Of a DNA stretch of 64,000 nucleotides, positions 39,737 to 49,287 are shown one piece after another. The DNA is from Polyangia bacterium (GTDB lineage Bacteria; Myxococcota_A; Polyangia; JAAYKL01). A program made the position numbers and the translations under genes. The notes under the pieces were generated by a model. The model saw only the letters and a list, made by a program, of their open reading frames with translations, was not told where the DNA came from and searched no databases. Position 1 is the first letter of the stretch; each line of letters opens with the position of its first letter. The stretch is taken from the NCBI GenBank assembly GCA_050287845.1, contig JBNKCR010000017.1:1-64000 (forward strand), read 5' to 3'.

Positions 39737-39745
39737 TTATCCACA
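39737..39745 (+). promoter_or_regulatory. perfect DnaA box upstream of queC
   Basis: TTATCCACA about 41 bp before the queC ATG. Confidence 0.7.
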
Positions 39746-39786
39746 GGCTGGAAGAAGACAGATTTTTACTGTTATGGGATTTTAAT

Positions 39787-40461
39787 ATGAACGAAAAAAA
39801 GAAAAAAGCGGTGGTTTTGTTGTCCGGAGGCATGGATTCCTCGGTGGTATTGGCGGATGCGATATCCAGGGGGTATGAAGTGTACGCATTGACGTTTTAT
39901 TACGGACAACGACATCGGGTGGAATTGGAAACGGCAAAAAAGCAGGTGGCTGCAGCGAATGTTGCCAACCATATCGTTTTTGACTTGAATCTGGCTCAAT
40001 TCGGCGGGTCGGCGCTGACCGATAATATAGCTGTTCCACATAACATTGATGCCAATGAAATCCCAGTGACCTATGTACCCGCCCGAAATACGGTGTTCCT
40101 GTCTGTGGCGTTGTCTTATGCGGAAGCCATCGGGGCGAGGGACATTTTTATTGGCGTGTCTTCAGTGGACTATTCCGGATATCCGGATTGTCGTCCGGAA
40201 TTCATTGAATCCTTTGAGCGGACGGCCAATTTGGGAACCAAAGCTGCGGATGGGGGAGAACTCTTTCGAATTCATGCGCCTCTGATTCGCCTGAGCAAAG
40301 AAGAAACGGTGTTACTGGGGAGAAAATATGGGGTAAATTTCAAAAATACCCATACTTGCTATGACCCGACACCGGACGGTAAGCCGTGTGGAGAATGTGA
40401 TTCGTGCCGATTGCGAAAAAAAGGATTTGATGAAGCAGGATTGGATGACCCGGCGATTTGA
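39787..40461 (+). CDS. queC: 7-cyano-7-deazaguanine synthase
   Basis: LLSGGMDS, YGQRH..E, TYVPARN, DYSGYPDCRP, TCY...CGECDSC.LR. Confidence 0.97.
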   Translation: MNEKKKKAVVLLSGGMDSSVVLADAISRGYEVYALTFYYGQRHRVELETAKKQVAAANVANHIVFDLNLAQFGGSALTDNIAVPHNIDANEIPVTYVPARNTVFLSVALSYAEAIGARDIFIGVSSVDYSGYPDCRPEFIESFERTANLGTKAADGGELFRIHAPLIRLSKEETVLLGRKYGVNFKNTHTCYDPTPDGKPCGECDSCRLRKKGFDEAGLDDPAI

Positions 40462-40483
40462 GGAGAACCGGACTGAATGGGTG

Positions 40484-41137
40484 ATGATGATGACGATGTT
40501 GAATGTATACTCGATTTTTTATTCTCTACAGGGGGAGTCGACTTTCATGGGATTGCCATGTGTTTTCGTCCGCCTTACCGGGTGCACTATCAAATGTACC
40601 TACTGTGATACCAAGGGAGTGGCAACGGCCATCGGGGATGACATGTCCATTGATGATGTTCTCGAGAAGGTAGCCACTTTCAATTGCGGGCTGGTGGAGG
40701 TGACCGGGGGAGAACCGCTGCAGCAGCAAAATGCGCCGGCATTGCTCCGGGCTTTGTGCGATGCCGGTTATCAGGTGCTGTTGGAAACCAGCGGTCAGGA
40801 GCCGGTGAATGAGATTGACAAACGGGTGCATATCGTCATGGATATTAAGACACCGGGATCTGGGGTGGCAGCGATTCTCAGTGATGAGAATATTCAATCT
40901 CTTAAAAAATCAAAGGCGCAAATTAAGTTTGTCATTACCGACCGCAATGATTTTGATTTTGCTGTGATGATGGAGAAGAAGTATAGTCTGACCCAGATGT
41001 TTCCGGTTCATATATCACCCATAGCCGAGTTGGACAAACGGCAGGTCGCTGGATGGATACTCAACTCCAGAATACCTTTTCGAATGCAATTGCAGTTGCA
41101 TAAAATCATCTGGCCAAACGCTTTGGGTGAGGTATAA
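40484..41137 (+). CDS. queE: 7-carboxy-7-deazaguanine synthase (radical SAM)
   Basis: IFYSLQGE, VRLTGCTIKCTYCDT, TGGEP, ETSG, QLHK; start approximate. Confidence 0.93.
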   Translation: MMMTMLNVYSIFYSLQGESTFMGLPCVFVRLTGCTIKCTYCDTKGVATAIGDDMSIDDVLEKVATFNCGLVEVTGGEPLQQQNAPALLRALCDAGYQVLLETSGQEPVNEIDKRVHIVMDIKTPGSGVAAILSDENIQSLKKSKAQIKFVITDRNDFDFAVMMEKKYSLTQMFPVHISPIAELDKRQVAGWILNSRIPFRMQLQLHKIIWPNALGEV

Positions 41138-41294
41138 CCCGTCCGCTCTGTTCCGATCCATTCTCCCAGAATGTTATTTCGCCACAACTGTTCGTGAGAA
41201 GAAAGCCATGTTCATACCCTTTTATGGGGGAATTCAAAAAGTACGACCTTCATAAATATCTCGACCGTCGCAGTGAAAGTGAATCCGGGGTCCT

Positions 41295-41696
41295 TCAAGG
41301 CAGGAGGGTTACGACCAGCTCCCGATTGGAGCGGGGGCCGTCGAAATCACAGAAAAACACATTTTGCCAGGTGGAGAGCAACATTTGGCCATTCTCAAGG
41401 GGAATCATCTCAGAGGGGCCAACGATGCCGGCTTTGATATGGGCATCGGCGTTGCCGTCCACCTGGTCATGGAGCCATTGACCGGCAGGGGCTATCATTG
41501 AGAGACATCGGAGAATGTCAGTAGTGATGTTGGGATCCCAATTTTCCTGAATCATTACTGCAGCAGTGGCGCCGCGTGCGTAGACAGCCATCAGTGCACA
41601 TTCCGGGTGGGCGGCAGCGATACTTTTAAGGGCGCGGGTGACGTCCAGCATCTGCTGAGTCTGAGTAGTTTCAAGACGTATTGTTTTCCTGACCAT
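41295..41696 (-). CDS. YjbQ/UPF0047 family protein
   Basis: TAAVMIQEN.DP, HD..DGNADAHIKA, L.TWQ..FFCDFDGPR. Confidence 0.9.
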   Translation of the reverse strand: MVRKTIRLETTQTQQMLDVTRALKSIAAAHPECALMAVYARGATAAVMIQENWDPNITTDILRCLSMIAPAGQWLHDQVDGNADAHIKAGIVGPSEMIPLENGQMLLSTWQNVFFCDFDGPRSNRELVVTLLP

Positions 41697-41839
41697 TTGT
41701 TTGACTTTCCAGGGTGAATGTTAAATTTTAAAAGCCATTTATCGGTGAATGTTTACAGAAATTGAAGAAAACGTCACTTTTTTTGCCATATTCGGAACGA
41801 AAAAAACCAATGAAATTCTCTTACTCAAAGGAAGTGTGC

Positions 41840-44116
41840 ATGGAAGACAGAGTCAATCAAATCAAACAGGCATTTGACACATTGCATGTCTCTGCTGAAA
41901 TAAAGCGGCAAGCCCTTGCCAGTGTTGAAAGGTGGCTAACGATGCCGGATTATGCACCGTACCATCCCTATATCCATCATCTGGTGGATGCGGAAAAATG
42001 GGAACTGTTGCTGGACAGTTTCTGGCAAATGATGCCGTTCGGCACAGGTGGAAGGCGGGGTCCGGTTGGTGCGGGCCCGAATCGAATTAATCCGTATACC
42101 ATCAGCCTGTCTGTCCAGGGGCATTGCAACTACCTGAAAGAAGTGATGGGGGGAGCGGGAGAACTGAGTGTGGTGGTGGCTCACGATGTCAGACAATTTC
42201 TGGATGTGCGGGGGATTTATAAAGGGTTGACGGGGGTGCTCACAGGGATGACTTCATTGGATTTGGCCCGTGTATCCGCTACGACGTATGCTGCGAATGG
42301 CATTAAAGCACTGGTGGTTGGGCCCTTGAAAGATGGCGAACAGACTCAAAAATGCACAGAAACCTATATCTCGACCCCGGAGTTATCATTTATGATTCGG
42401 TACTATGGGGCAGTTGGCGGATTGAATATTTCTGCGTCCCACAACCATCCGGATGATAATGGCGGTAAGTTTTATAATCGATATGGCGGGCAGGAAATTC
42501 CCCCGGATGATGAAGTGCTGCTTCAGATGGTGGAGCAGGTCCGGGAGGTAAAAACGATGGCATACACCGATGCGGTGGAAAGTGGCTATATCGAATTTGT
42601 ATCTCAAAAGGCACACAAGGAATATGTGGCACTGAATACCGCACTGGTTCACACCGAATCCAGATCAGCGAAAATCGCCTATACGCCGCTGTGTGGCACA
42701 GGAATGACTACCGTGTATGAGACGCTGAATACGCTTGGTTTCGACGTGGTAAAGGTGGCGGAGCAATCCATGTACGACGGATCGTTTAAAAGTGTCCGAT
42801 ATCGGATTGGCAATCCCGAGGTACCTGATTCAATGGATTTGCTAGAAAAGACCGCGGTAATGGAAGACTGCGATGTGGGTTTTGCCACCGACCCGGACGC
42901 GGATCGGCTGGGAATGATTGCCCGGGACGCGGACGGAAGCTGGGAATTTATCAATGGTCACGAGATTGGCGTGTTACTGATTCAATCCATTATCTCCGCG
43001 AAAAAGAAGAAGGGTGAATGGGATGACAAAGGTATCTTTGTCAATACATTGGTGACCACCAGTCTGCAGCGAACCATTGCCAGAAGCAACGGATTACAGG
43101 TGGTGGGCGACCTGATGGTCGGATGTAAGTATATCGCGGACGTGCTGCGACGTCTGGAAGACAATGGGGAGTATCCCTATCCGCCGGTGGACGGAAAAGA
43201 CCGCGTAACAGGGCACCCGGGAAACTATGTATTTGGCACGGAAGAAAGCCATGGATATCTGGTGAGTCCGGACATTCGGGACAAGGATGCCTGCGGCGCT
43301 GCAGTGCATCTGGCAGGGCTGGTCAGTGAATTGAAGAATGAGGGAAAAACCATCCGTTCGTATCTCAGAGATATTTACCGGGTGTATGGGTATCACCGAA
43401 ATGACCAGCGTTCTATGGTGATGGAAGGTATTGAGGGGTTGCACCGGATTCGAAAAATTCAGGATGTGCTGCGCAGCAATCCCCCTCACGTAATTGCCGG
43501 GATGTCCGTTATCCGGTTTACCGACAATCATGTGGTCGGGGGACCGTTGTTGAGCTCTACCGATGAAGCCAGCAGAAATGTGCTCCTGTTTGAACTGGAT
43601 GGGGGTAACGATATGGTGATACGACTGGTCGTGCGACCGTCGGGGACGGAGCCCAAAACCAAAATATATGTGGAAGTGCCATCTCCCCGGAAAATTGGTG
43701 GTACTTTAGATGATGTCTCTGAGACGATGTTGGCGACCATATCAGATGATGAGCTGGATGGGATTGTCGAAGAAACCGACAGGAGAGCCACTGCCATTTC
43801 GGATGAGTTCATTCGGTACTGCCTGGGTCCGGCGGTGCTGGGAAACACATTTCCCGCCCTGCCGAGAGAGTCGTTGTGGGTTTCCGATTTGGTGACCGTG
43901 GACAATAAAATTGCCCTGTGCACCACTATATTACCAGCGTTGCTTCTTCGAATTGAACAGGGGCAGGAGGTGGACCGATGGTTGCCGGAGCAACTGAAGA
44001 CTTTCGGTGAAGATGCCATTGGACTGGTTGCCCGGGCGGCAAAAGCATGGATTAATCGGAAGGAAAATGATAGTAACGAAAATGTTAAAACAAAAGCGTT
44101 GGCTCTTTTTAATTGA
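41840..44116 (+). CDS. phosphoglucomutase/phosphomannomutase family protein with C-terminal extension
   Basis: FGTGG.RG, SASHN, DPDADR, EESHG, RPSGTEPK. Confidence 0.92.
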   Translation: MEDRVNQIKQAFDTLHVSAEIKRQALASVERWLTMPDYAPYHPYIHHLVDAEKWELLLDSFWQMMPFGTGGRRGPVGAGPNRINPYTISLSVQGHCNYLKEVMGGAGELSVVVAHDVRQFLDVRGIYKGLTGVLTGMTSLDLARVSATTYAANGIKALVVGPLKDGEQTQKCTETYISTPELSFMIRYYGAVGGLNISASHNHPDDNGGKFYNRYGGQEIPPDDEVLLQMVEQVREVKTMAYTDAVESGYIEFVSQKAHKEYVALNTALVHTESRSAKIAYTPLCGTGMTTVYETLNTLGFDVVKVAEQSMYDGSFKSVRYRIGNPEVPDSMDLLEKTAVMEDCDVGFATDPDADRLGMIARDADGSWEFINGHEIGVLLIQSIISAKKKKGEWDDKGIFVNTLVTTSLQRTIARSNGLQVVGDLMVGCKYIADVLRRLEDNGEYPYPPVDGKDRVTGHPGNYVFGTEESHGYLVSPDIRDKDACGAAVHLAGLVSELKNEGKTIRSYLRDIYRVYGYHRNDQRSMVMEGIEGLHRIRKIQDVLRSNPPHVIAGMSVIRFTDNHVVGGPLLSSTDEASRNVLLFELDGGNDMVIRLVVRPSGTEPKTKIYVEVPSPRKIGGTLDDVSETMLATISDDELDGIVEETDRRATAISDEFIRYCLGPAVLGNTFPALPRESLWVSDLVTVDNKIALCTTILPALLLRIEQGQEVDRWLPEQLKTFGEDAIGLVARAAKAWINRKENDSNENVKTKALALFN

Positions 44117-44164
44117 ATCCAAAGCGTTGGGACAGTTTCAGCTGACAGAAAAGAGGTGAGCCCT

Positions 44165-44638
44165 ATGGCCGATGGTGTGAACAAAGTAATTTTAGTAGGA
44201 AATTTGGGAAAAGACCCGGAAATCAGCTATACCCAGGGGGGAACCGCCAGATGTCGATTTCCGCTGGCAACGGGCGAATCATATGCCAGTGCCACCGGTG
44301 AGCGACAGGAAAGAACAGAGTGGCACAATGTGGTGGTTTGGGGAAAACAGGGGGAAACCGTAGGTAAATTTTTAAGCAAAGGACGTCAGGTATATATCGA
44401 AGGCAGGCTGAGGACGCGCAGCTGGGATGACGAAAAGAGCGGCCAGAAAAAATACATGACCGAGGTGAATGCCCAGAAAGTGGTATTTCTCGGTGGAGGT
44501 CGTTCGGAAGGCGGGGGGACACCGTCCGCAGGTGGTGGCGCTCCATCGGGTGGATTCAGTGGTCCATCCGATAAGTTCGGCGGTGGTGGTTACGACGGGC
44601 CACCCAGCTTCGGTGATGATGACGATATACCGTTCTGA
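44165..44638 (+). CDS. ssb: single-stranded DNA-binding protein
   Basis: [29 protein letters not shown], Gly-rich linker, DDDIPF tail. Confidence 0.97.
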   Translation: MADGVNKVILVGNLGKDPEISYTQGGTARCRFPLATGESYASATGERQERTEWHNVVVWGKQGETVGKFLSKGRQVYIEGRLRTRSWDDEKSGQKKYMTEVNAQKVVFLGGGRSEGGGTPSAGGGAPSGGFSGPSDKFGGGGYDGPPSFGDDDDIPF

Positions 44639-45438
44639 TGAATCATATATATAAAACCCTTCTCAAATTTGCATTTCTTTTAATCACTGTTGTTCCACTG
44701 GTTGCATATGGATATGGAACCCTTAAGGACGTTCGGTATAAAATCAAGGCAGCCGATGGGAGCCGATGGAACCATCTGCTCGGCCGGGGAAACATCGTTC
44801 GTGGTACCGAAGTGCCGAATAAAATTACATTCACCTTTGATGATGGTCCGGATCATCGGACAACTCCCATATTGTTGAATGAGCTCGATAAGTATCATGT
44901 GAAAGGCACTTTTTTCATTAATGGACATCGATTTCATCATCGAACCGCTGGGGGGGAAGAAAACAAGGCAGTGCTCAGAGACGTGATTCGCAGGGGTCAT
45001 TTTATCGGAAATCACACGTTCTCCCACAAAGATGTGACCGCCATGGATGAAGAGACCTGGAAAAGAGAAGTGCACCAGGTGTCGTGGCTGGTATCGGAGA
45101 TGTCGGGAAAGCAGCTGAATCTGTTTCGCCCTCCCTTTGGACGATTGAATCAGACCAATCTGCAGAGTCTTTCAGCCCAGGGATATACCGTGGTCATGTG
45201 GAATCTGGATCCCCTCGATTGGCAGGCATCCACAGCCCGGGAATTGTTGCGTCGGAGCAAACGGGTGATTGAGGAGAATCCGGAGGGTGGGGTATTTCTT
45301 TTACATGACACCAACCGGAATACGGCAGAAGCGTTTCCTCTGATTATGGAATGGATTATGGAACGGAACGCGGAACTTGCAGCGTTGGGTAAACCAGTTC
45401 TGGAAGTGGTGGGGATAGACAGATTTATCAGCAACTGA
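44638..45438 (+). CDS. polysaccharide deacetylase (NodB/CE4)
   Basis: N-terminal TM; TFDDGP, NHTFSH, FRPPFG, DW, LLHD. Confidence 0.93.
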   Translation: MNHIYKTLLKFAFLLITVVPLVAYGYGTLKDVRYKIKAADGSRWNHLLGRGNIVRGTEVPNKITFTFDDGPDHRTTPILLNELDKYHVKGTFFINGHRFHHRTAGGEENKAVLRDVIRRGHFIGNHTFSHKDVTAMDEETWKREVHQVSWLVSEMSGKQLNLFRPPFGRLNQTNLQSLSAQGYTVVMWNLDPLDWQASTARELLRRSKRVIEENPEGGVFLLHDTNRNTAEAFPLIMEWIMERNAELAALGKPVLEVVGIDRFISN

Positions 45439-45506
45439 TTGAGAAATGATCAAGGGACGACGATGCTTCCGGGATGCGCCGATTGAAAAGGCATTCTGAA
45501 TAACAC

Positions 45507-45565
45507 CAGGCACTTGCCTTTGGTTGTCAGGCAGTGCTTGACCCCTTTTTTAGTGAGCGTATCTT
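45507..45565 (+). promoter_or_regulatory. hairpin plus putative promoter upstream of clpB
   Basis: Inverted repeat CAGGCACT...AGTGCTTG overlapping CTTG-N17-CGTATCT (RpoH-like) or TTGACC-N16-TATCTT. Confidence 0.3.
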
Positions 45566-45589
45566 GTAGGCGAAAGTGAAGGGAAAAAG

Positions 45590-48157
45590 ATGAGACTGGA
45601 TAAGCTAACTGTAAAATCAAGAGAAGCGTTGGCGGAAGCCGACGCGATTGCCCGAAAAATATCTCACCAGGAAATTACGGATTTGCACATGCTGGCGGCG
45701 ATGGTGGATCAGAGCGAAGGGATGGTCAATCCAATTTTGACCCGATTGGGGGTCCCTGCTGAAATGCTCCGTGTCGCCATACAGAAAGAATTTGACAAGA
45801 TACCAAAAGTATCTGGAGTAGATTCATTTCTGGGCGTCAGCCTGAAAAATCTGATAGATGCAGCGCAGGCGCTGGCAGATAGCCTGAAAGATGAGTATGT
45901 GTCTACGGAGCACTTTCTGTTGGGGATGGTAAAGGGATCGGGATTTGTTTCGGGGAAGGTGCTGAAGTCACTGGGTATCAATGATGATACATTGAGAACC
46001 GTATTAAAAGAGATACGGGGAAACCAGCGGGTGGTGGACGAGGATCCGGAATCGAAATTTCAGGCGCTTGAAAAATACACCATTGATTTGACCGCTCTGG
46101 CGCGGCAGGGAAAGCTGGATCCGGTAATCGGCCGCGATGAAGAAGTTCGACGAACATTGCAGGTATTGTCCCGTAGGACAAAGAATAATCCGGTGTTGAT
46201 TGGCGAACCCGGGGTGGGTAAGACTGCCATTGTGGATGGTATTGCACAGCGAGTGGTAAACGGTGATGTGCCGGAGAGTCTGAAAGATAAGTTTGTGTTG
46301 ACCCTGGATATGGGATCCCTGGTGGCGGGTGCAAAGTTCAGAGGCGAATTTGAAGAGCGGTTGAAGGCGGTGATGAAGGAAGTTCAGGGGAGGAACGGAC
46401 GCGTAATTCTGTTCATTGACGAGATGCATACGATTGTCGGCGCGGGGGCGGCGGAAGGATCTCAGGATGCAGCGAATCTGTTGAAACCGGCTCTGGCGCG
46501 GGGGGAGTTGCGCTGTATCGGGGCAACCACTCTGGATGAGTATCGCAAATATGTGGAAAAAGACAAAGCCCTGGAACGTCGGTTTCAGCCGGTAATGGTG
46601 GTGGAGCCTGGTTTGGAAGATACCATCGACATATTGCGGGGAATAAAAGAAAAGTACGAAGTGCATCACGGCATTCGTATCCAGGACAGTGCACTGGTCA
46701 CCGCGGCAACGCTGTCATCAAGATATGTGACAGACAGATTTCTCCCGGATAAAGCCATCGATCTGGTGGACGAAGCGGCAAGCCGTCTGAAAATGGAGGT
46801 GGAATCTCTGCCAACGCCCATTGATGACCTTCAGCGAAAAATTACCCGAAAGCAGATTGAGCTGCAGGCCATGAAAATGGAGGGTGATGGGGAGAGGATC
46901 GCGGAAATTGAGGAAGAATTGGTAAAGCAGAATGACGAATTGAGTTCGATGCGGGCGAAATGGACACGGCAGCGGGATTTGGTGAATACCTCCAAATCTC
47001 TCAATGAACAGATAGACGCGTTGAAAACCGAGGCGGAACTGGCGCAGCGTGAAGGGGAGTATCAGAAAGCAGCGGAAATCACATATGGAAAGATTCCGGG
47101 GTTACACAAACAACTGGAACAGATTTCGGCGGAGCTGCTTTCTGTGGACCAGGCGGATTCGTTCATTCGGGAGGAAGTGACCGATGAGGATATTGCGCTG
47201 GTAGTATCCAAATGGACCGGAATCCCGGTATCGAAGATGGTGGAAGGCGAAAAAGAACGACTGCTGAACATGGAAACGCGTATTCGGGAAAGGGTCATCG
47301 GTCAGGACAACGCCGTGAGCAAGTTGTCAAAGGCAGTACGATTGTCGAGAGCGGGGTTGAAGGATCCGAATAAACCTATCGCATCGTTTCTGTTTACCGG
47401 CCCCACCGGTGTCGGAAAGACCGAGGTTGCACGTGCGGCAGCCGAATTTCTCTTTGATGATGAATCAAATATGATTCGCATCGATATGAGTGAATACATG
47501 GAGAAACATGCGGTGGCCAGACTCATCGGGGCCCCTCCCGGATATGTGGGGTTTGATGAGGGAGGGCAGTTGACAGAAGCCGTACGGCGCAGACCATACA
47601 GTGTCATTCTGCTTGATGAGGTTGAAAAAGCTCATCCGGACGTATTCAACGTACTGTTGCAGGTGCTGGATGACGGGCGTCTTACGGATGGAAAAGGCAG
47701 GACTGTCGACTTTAAGAATACGATTATTATTATGACCAGCAATATTGGCTCTCAATATATTCTGGAATCTGATAATGCCAGTGATGTGGAAAACCATATC
47801 ATGGGATCCCTGAAGACGGTTTTTCGACCGGAGTTCATCAACCGGGTGGATGGGATACTGATTTTCAACAGATTGGAACGGCGCGATTTGAAACAGATTT
47901 GCAATATTCAATTGCGCAACGTGGCCAGGTTGCTGGACTCCAGGGGATTGCGTCTGTCGTATACAGATGGGGTTCTGGAATGGTTGTCTCAAAAAGGATA
48001 CGATAATGCATTTGGTGCCAGACCGCTTAAACGGGTGATTCAGGAAAATGTCCTGGAGGGTATCTCAGAAAAAATTATTGCCGGGGAGGTCACCACCAAC
48101 CAGATCATTCAAATTGATGCGATTGATGATGCACTTCAGATAATAGTTCGCGGATGA
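45590..48157 (+). CDS. clpB: ATP-dependent chaperone ClpB
   Basis: Two AAA modules ([16 protein letters not shown]), coiled-coil M domain, [13 protein letters not shown]. Confidence 0.97.
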   Translation: MRLDKLTVKSREALAEADAIARKISHQEITDLHMLAAMVDQSEGMVNPILTRLGVPAEMLRVAIQKEFDKIPKVSGVDSFLGVSLKNLIDAAQALADSLKDEYVSTEHFLLGMVKGSGFVSGKVLKSLGINDDTLRTVLKEIRGNQRVVDEDPESKFQALEKYTIDLTALARQGKLDPVIGRDEEVRRTLQVLSRRTKNNPVLIGEPGVGKTAIVDGIAQRVVNGDVPESLKDKFVLTLDMGSLVAGAKFRGEFEERLKAVMKEVQGRNGRVILFIDEMHTIVGAGAAEGSQDAANLLKPALARGELRCIGATTLDEYRKYVEKDKALERRFQPVMVVEPGLEDTIDILRGIKEKYEVHHGIRIQDSALVTAATLSSRYVTDRFLPDKAIDLVDEAASRLKMEVESLPTPIDDLQRKITRKQIELQAMKMEGDGERIAEIEEELVKQNDELSSMRAKWTRQRDLVNTSKSLNEQIDALKTEAELAQREGEYQKAAEITYGKIPGLHKQLEQISAELLSVDQADSFIREEVTDEDIALVVSKWTGIPVSKMVEGEKERLLNMETRIRERVIGQDNAVSKLSKAVRLSRAGLKDPNKPIASFLFTGPTGVGKTEVARAAAEFLFDDESNMIRIDMSEYMEKHAVARLIGAPPGYVGFDEGGQLTEAVRRRPYSVILLDEVEKAHPDVFNVLLQVLDDGRLTDGKGRTVDFKNTIIIMTSNIGSQYILESDNASDVENHIMGSLKTVFRPEFINRVDGILIFNRLERRDLKQICNIQLRNVARLLDSRGLRLSYTDGVLEWLSQKGYDNAFGARPLKRVIQENVLEGISEKIIAGEVTTNQIIQIDAIDDALQIIVRG

Positions 48158-48395
48158 ATTATTTTTGTATCTAAATATAATTATATTGATACACGAGATA
48201 TACGTAGTTAACCTGCAATTTTGTACAGCTTGTCTGATAAATGATACAGGTGCTTTTCAGCGTTTCAAAATAAACTTCGTCAAATATATAATTATATGAG
48301 ATCTATCTATATGATTTTATTGTATTAATTACCTACAATATTCACAAATAAATTGCGGTGTTTTTTGAGGAGATAAGTGAGAAAGATGACGGATT

Positions 48396-48887
48396 TCAGG
48401 TGAAAAACAATAATTTGGTTATTGGTATTTGTAGCGCTGTTGATACCTTGAGAAGAGTGGACAGATTGGGAAGGCTCAGACCCTTTTCCAGACGTGCGAT
48501 GTTGGGGCGTCGAATACCGGTTTCTTTGGCCAGGTCGTTTTGGGTAATGCCGCGGTCAAGGCGAGCGCACCGGATGCGTTGACCGATGAGTTCCCCGAAA
48601 TTTTCCGGATACGTTAGTGGCTCGGCGTCGGTGTTGTTGATTGCGTCCAGTTTGTCTGGTGCAGACCCGATACTGTCTTCCATTGAGGCTGCAACGTTTT
48701 CCCTGGTCCTGGTGACTGATTTGTATACTGTTTCAGTGTACCGGTGAAAAAAATCGATCGGTGGCGGGGCTACGGAAACCGTGTGCCGCGAAAAGAACAG
48801 TTCATCAAGGACGCCTTCAGCCAGTCGAATCTGCTGGATAATCCCGGCAGCTTTCTCGAGTCTGGTTTGAATCTCAATTTGATTCAT
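48396..48887 (-). CDS. XRE-family HTH protein with N-terminal extension
   Basis: IGQRIRCARLDRGITQNDLAKETGIRRPNIARLEKG...PNLSTL at the C-terminus; GGAG RBS before ATG 48887. Confidence 0.8.
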   Translation of the reverse strand: MNQIEIQTRLEKAAGIIQQIRLAEGVLDELFFSRHTVSVAPPPIDFFHRYTETVYKSVTRTRENVAASMEDSIGSAPDKLDAINNTDAEPLTYPENFGELIGQRIRCARLDRGITQNDLAKETGIRRPNIARLEKGLSLPNLSTLLKVSTALQIPITKLLFFT

Positions 48888-48891
48888 GGTT

Positions 48892-49182
48892 TCAGTCTCC
48901 GGTACTGCTGAGGTCGTCCAATTGGTCCCGCAGCCATACAAGCTCATCACAAAGTGCAGCATTGGATCGCTTTAACAATGCATACCTGTCTTTGAGTAAC
49001 TCATATTTCTGTCGGGTTGTTGTGAATTGCTCCTCAAGCTGCTCCACGACCAGGGCAAATCGCTTACTGGTGGATGGGTCGCTCTGCGCTTCATTTTTCA
49101 GGCTTACCAGCCGACTAATCACCATGGACAGGGTTTCTATTCCCATGGGATCGCTTTGGGATGTTGGGGTTATATTTTCCAT
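48892..49182 (-). CDS. hypothetical coiled-coil protein
   Basis: 96-aa ORF with heptad-like Leu pattern, ending 4 bp before the XRE start. Confidence 0.55.
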   Translation of the reverse strand: MENITPTSQSDPMGIETLSMVISRLVSLKNEAQSDPSTSKRFALVVEQLEEQFTTTRQKYELLKDRYALLKRSNAALCDELVWLRDQLDDLSSTGD

Positions 49183-49287
49183 GGGGCTATTGTATCGGAC
49201 AAGATACCTGTGGTCAAATTCTGGTATAAATGGTTGACTTATTCCAGAAGAACGATTCGATTGAACACGTGCAATGTATGGGTCGAT

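Noticed and set aside
39787..41137. queC/queE as a Dpd or QatABCD-type defence system
   Set aside because: Canonical housekeeping-length proteins with no dpdA, TatD or ATPase partners nearby
45507..45540. Possible CIRCE element before clpB
   Set aside because: GCACT/AGTGC arms are present, but the spacer is far longer than 9 nt and the TTAGCACTC arms are not matched
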